NCBI GenBank assembly: GCA_037834085.1
Contig: JBBMKC010096967.1
Coordinates: forward strand, 1 to 38,187
Source: Bipalium vagum
Lineage: Eukaryota
Length of the DNA: 38,187 nt
Reading direction: 5' to 3'
In this document: positions 35,796 to 38,187 of the stretch, in pieces
How positions within the stretch are numbered: position 1 is the stretch's first letter
Layout of the letters: the number at the start of each line of letters is the position of its first letter
The notes under the pieces: generated by a model
The model's database searches: none
The model's input: only the letters and a program-made list of their open reading frames with translations
What the model was told of the DNA's origin: nothing
Made by a program: the position numbers and the translations under genes

Positions 35796-37213
35796 GTAAA
35801 TCATACAGTAATTATGATAATGATAATAATTACAAAAATAGTTAATATTTTTATTTTAATTATTAATCAATAAAAAACGCTTATTTTAGATATAAAAATA
35901 TAAAAGTCCGTGTTTAAATATTCAGATATTTGTTTCAATGAAGGAATTATGGAACATGTGTATTTTCCAGCGTAAAAACATAAATTATCTTAAAATTGAT
36001 CAGTCTTCGGTTTCAGTTGACGCTGATATTTCACTTTAATTAAGTGGGCTATGAAAATGGAAATGATTTCCATTTCATCACGATGAAACAATTTGCGATG
36101 ATCCCTGTCCATTTCCATCTTTTCAGTAATTTGATCTAATTGTGTCGAACAGGTAACATTGGTAAATCTTAGCCAAACAATGGCCAAAGGATCACTGATC
36201 CCAAATTCGCTGTAGTTTTCTGAAACGAACACGAGATTCCTTTTGTCAAGCTCGCAAAATAACATTTGTAAAATAATTATTTTCCATTCTAGTTTCTGGT
36301 TTTTTAAAACAACGTGGTTGTTGCTTTAAACAAATAATTTTATTTCGATATTTTTAATCACTTTAGGAATCATCTCCAATGGTTTCAAAATATTTCAGTG
36401 TGAATTTTAAAAATATATCGTGAAATAAAAACAAATAAAATAAATGAATAAGTAAATAAATATAAAATCATTTCTTCATTGAATTAATTACTAAAATAAT
36501 TATTTTTGTTTAAATAAATATTATTATATTATATTATTTTATAATTAGTATTAAATTTGTATTATATTATCCCAAAAAGGATCAAATTATTTAATAAGCG
36601 CATTAATAATAATAAAAATAATAATAATAATTAAAATCATTTTATAAGAATTAAATTTATATTAATATTAAATATTTAATTTATATAAATTTTAAATTAA
36701 TTAAATAAACATAATCGTAAATTAACAGTTCAACAAAATTAATAAAATTGATTTTAAAAATTAATTAATAACATAATTAAAATTAATGATTAAGTTTTAA
36801 AGAAAGCACTTTTTAACCAATCAATTATTTTCATAAATAAATATTACATTTAACTTTGACTTAATGAATGTGAACAATACGGATTGTTAATATCAATTGG
36901 TTTACTATCAAAAAGACAAGACATTTTCTGTTTAAATAATAGTGATAAAATAACTATTATTTAAACAAATTTTCTCAGACCGGGAATTTTTTTAAAAATT
37001 TTAAAAATATGTTTACTTATAAAATTTTGTACTTATTATAAAAATATACTTATACACAAAATATTAACTAATACATATACTTAATATTTAGCATAATTAA
37101 TTCCTTAAATTATTTCGTTTTAATAAATAATAAATAATAATTTAAAAAGCCCTCAGTTTGCTTAGTCACCTCATATGGATATTATGACATTTACTAACAA
37201 ATACATGGGTAGA

Positions 37214-37386
37214 NNNNNNNNNNNNNNNNNNNNNNNNNNNNNNNNNNNNNNNNNNNNNNNNNNNNNNNNNNNNNNNNNNNNNNNNNNNNNNNNNNNNNNN
37301 NNNNNNNNNNNNNNNNNNNNNNNNNNNNNNNNNNNNNNNNNNNNNNNNNNNNNNNNNNNNNNNNNNNNNNNNNNNNNNNNNNNNNN
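37214..37386. other. Assembly gap
   Basis: Run of N. Confidence 0.99.
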
Positions 37387-38100
37387 AAAGATACTAAAGG
37401 AAAATAATATAAAAAAATCAACACTATGCCTGGATAACAAAAATGAAATTTTCTTTCTCTTTTGGATCTGTCCCGAAAAGGATACCCATAATGGATGAAA
37501 GTATTCCGTTTAATTCCCAAGGGGTAACAGATAAAATCACAAATTCTAACTCCGGACCAGATTTACACAGTAAAAGCCTTGTCATTAATTAATTCAGAAA
37601 TTTATCTTTATTGCAAATTTATAATTAAACGGGGAACATAAATTAATATTTCTTTACTTATCAAATAATAAATAAATTAATATTTAATTCAATTACATAT
37701 TCAATTTTGTTTGTTCCATAAATTGTTTTCTAAATATTTCTGTCCAGATTTATATAACCGTTATTAGGGAAAATAATTAAATATTTATTACTAAAATCAG
37801 GTTTCTTTTAATTGCAAAATATGATATAAATCCCAATGCAGATCAATAATTATAAAGAAAATATTGGGCATTTCTAAAAGGAAATTTATTAGAGAAATAA
37901 ATAAATATATTTTATTTATGTATTTTATCAATATTTCAAACCTTTTTCTTTTTAATTTTTATCTTACCCTTGCTTTTTTAAAAAAATATGGAAAAAAATT
38001 TTATAATAATGTTTTATGAAGAATTTTATATTTTTCTTACATTATTTAAAATACAAACGATTTTTTAATATAATAATAATAAAAAAATAAAATAATTCAA

Positions 38101-38187
38101 TATAATATTTATAATAATATTTATAATAATATTCATAATAATATTCATAATAATATTCATAATAATATTCATAATAATATTCATAAT
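38101..38187. repeat. 12-bp tandem repeat (ATAATAATATTC)n
   Basis: About 7 units with period 12 running to the window end. Confidence 0.9.

Noticed and set aside
37420-37590. Minus-strand MTRLLLCKSG...TDPKEKENFIFVIQA* as an upstream cadherin exon
   Set aside because: Only a superficial likeness to a D.E...F.F.IQA motif. A stop follows instead of the conserved D, and there is no convincing GT donor.

Overview
Very AT-rich eukaryotic genomic DNA with (ATT)n microsatellites, many mariner remnants and three short N gaps. This composition is consistent with a triclad planarian or similar invertebrate, but that is an inference. The only clear host coding sequence is a minus-strand exon (~131-542) encoding the membrane-proximal cadherin repeat, transmembrane helix and start of the tail of a protocadherin-like protein. 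No further cadherin exon is recognisable, so most of the window looks like one very large intron. It is filled with decayed transposons: several mariner subfamilies, DD37E-, DD41D-, Tc1- and pogo-like elements, a Gypsy integrase, a Gypsy-like LTR and a possible LINE tail. GC-richer non-coding islands lie between them. The main finding is a miniature LTR retrotransposon (TRIM) whose LTR is built around a tRNA-Ala-like gene. It occurs twice. One copy is a 115-bp solo LTR (12507-12621; TG...CA ends, 5-bp TSD TAAAT) that would be mis-annotated as a tRNA. The other is a complete 261-bp minus-strand element (27311-27571; LTR-PBS-internal-PPT-LTR, 5-bp TSD ATGCT).
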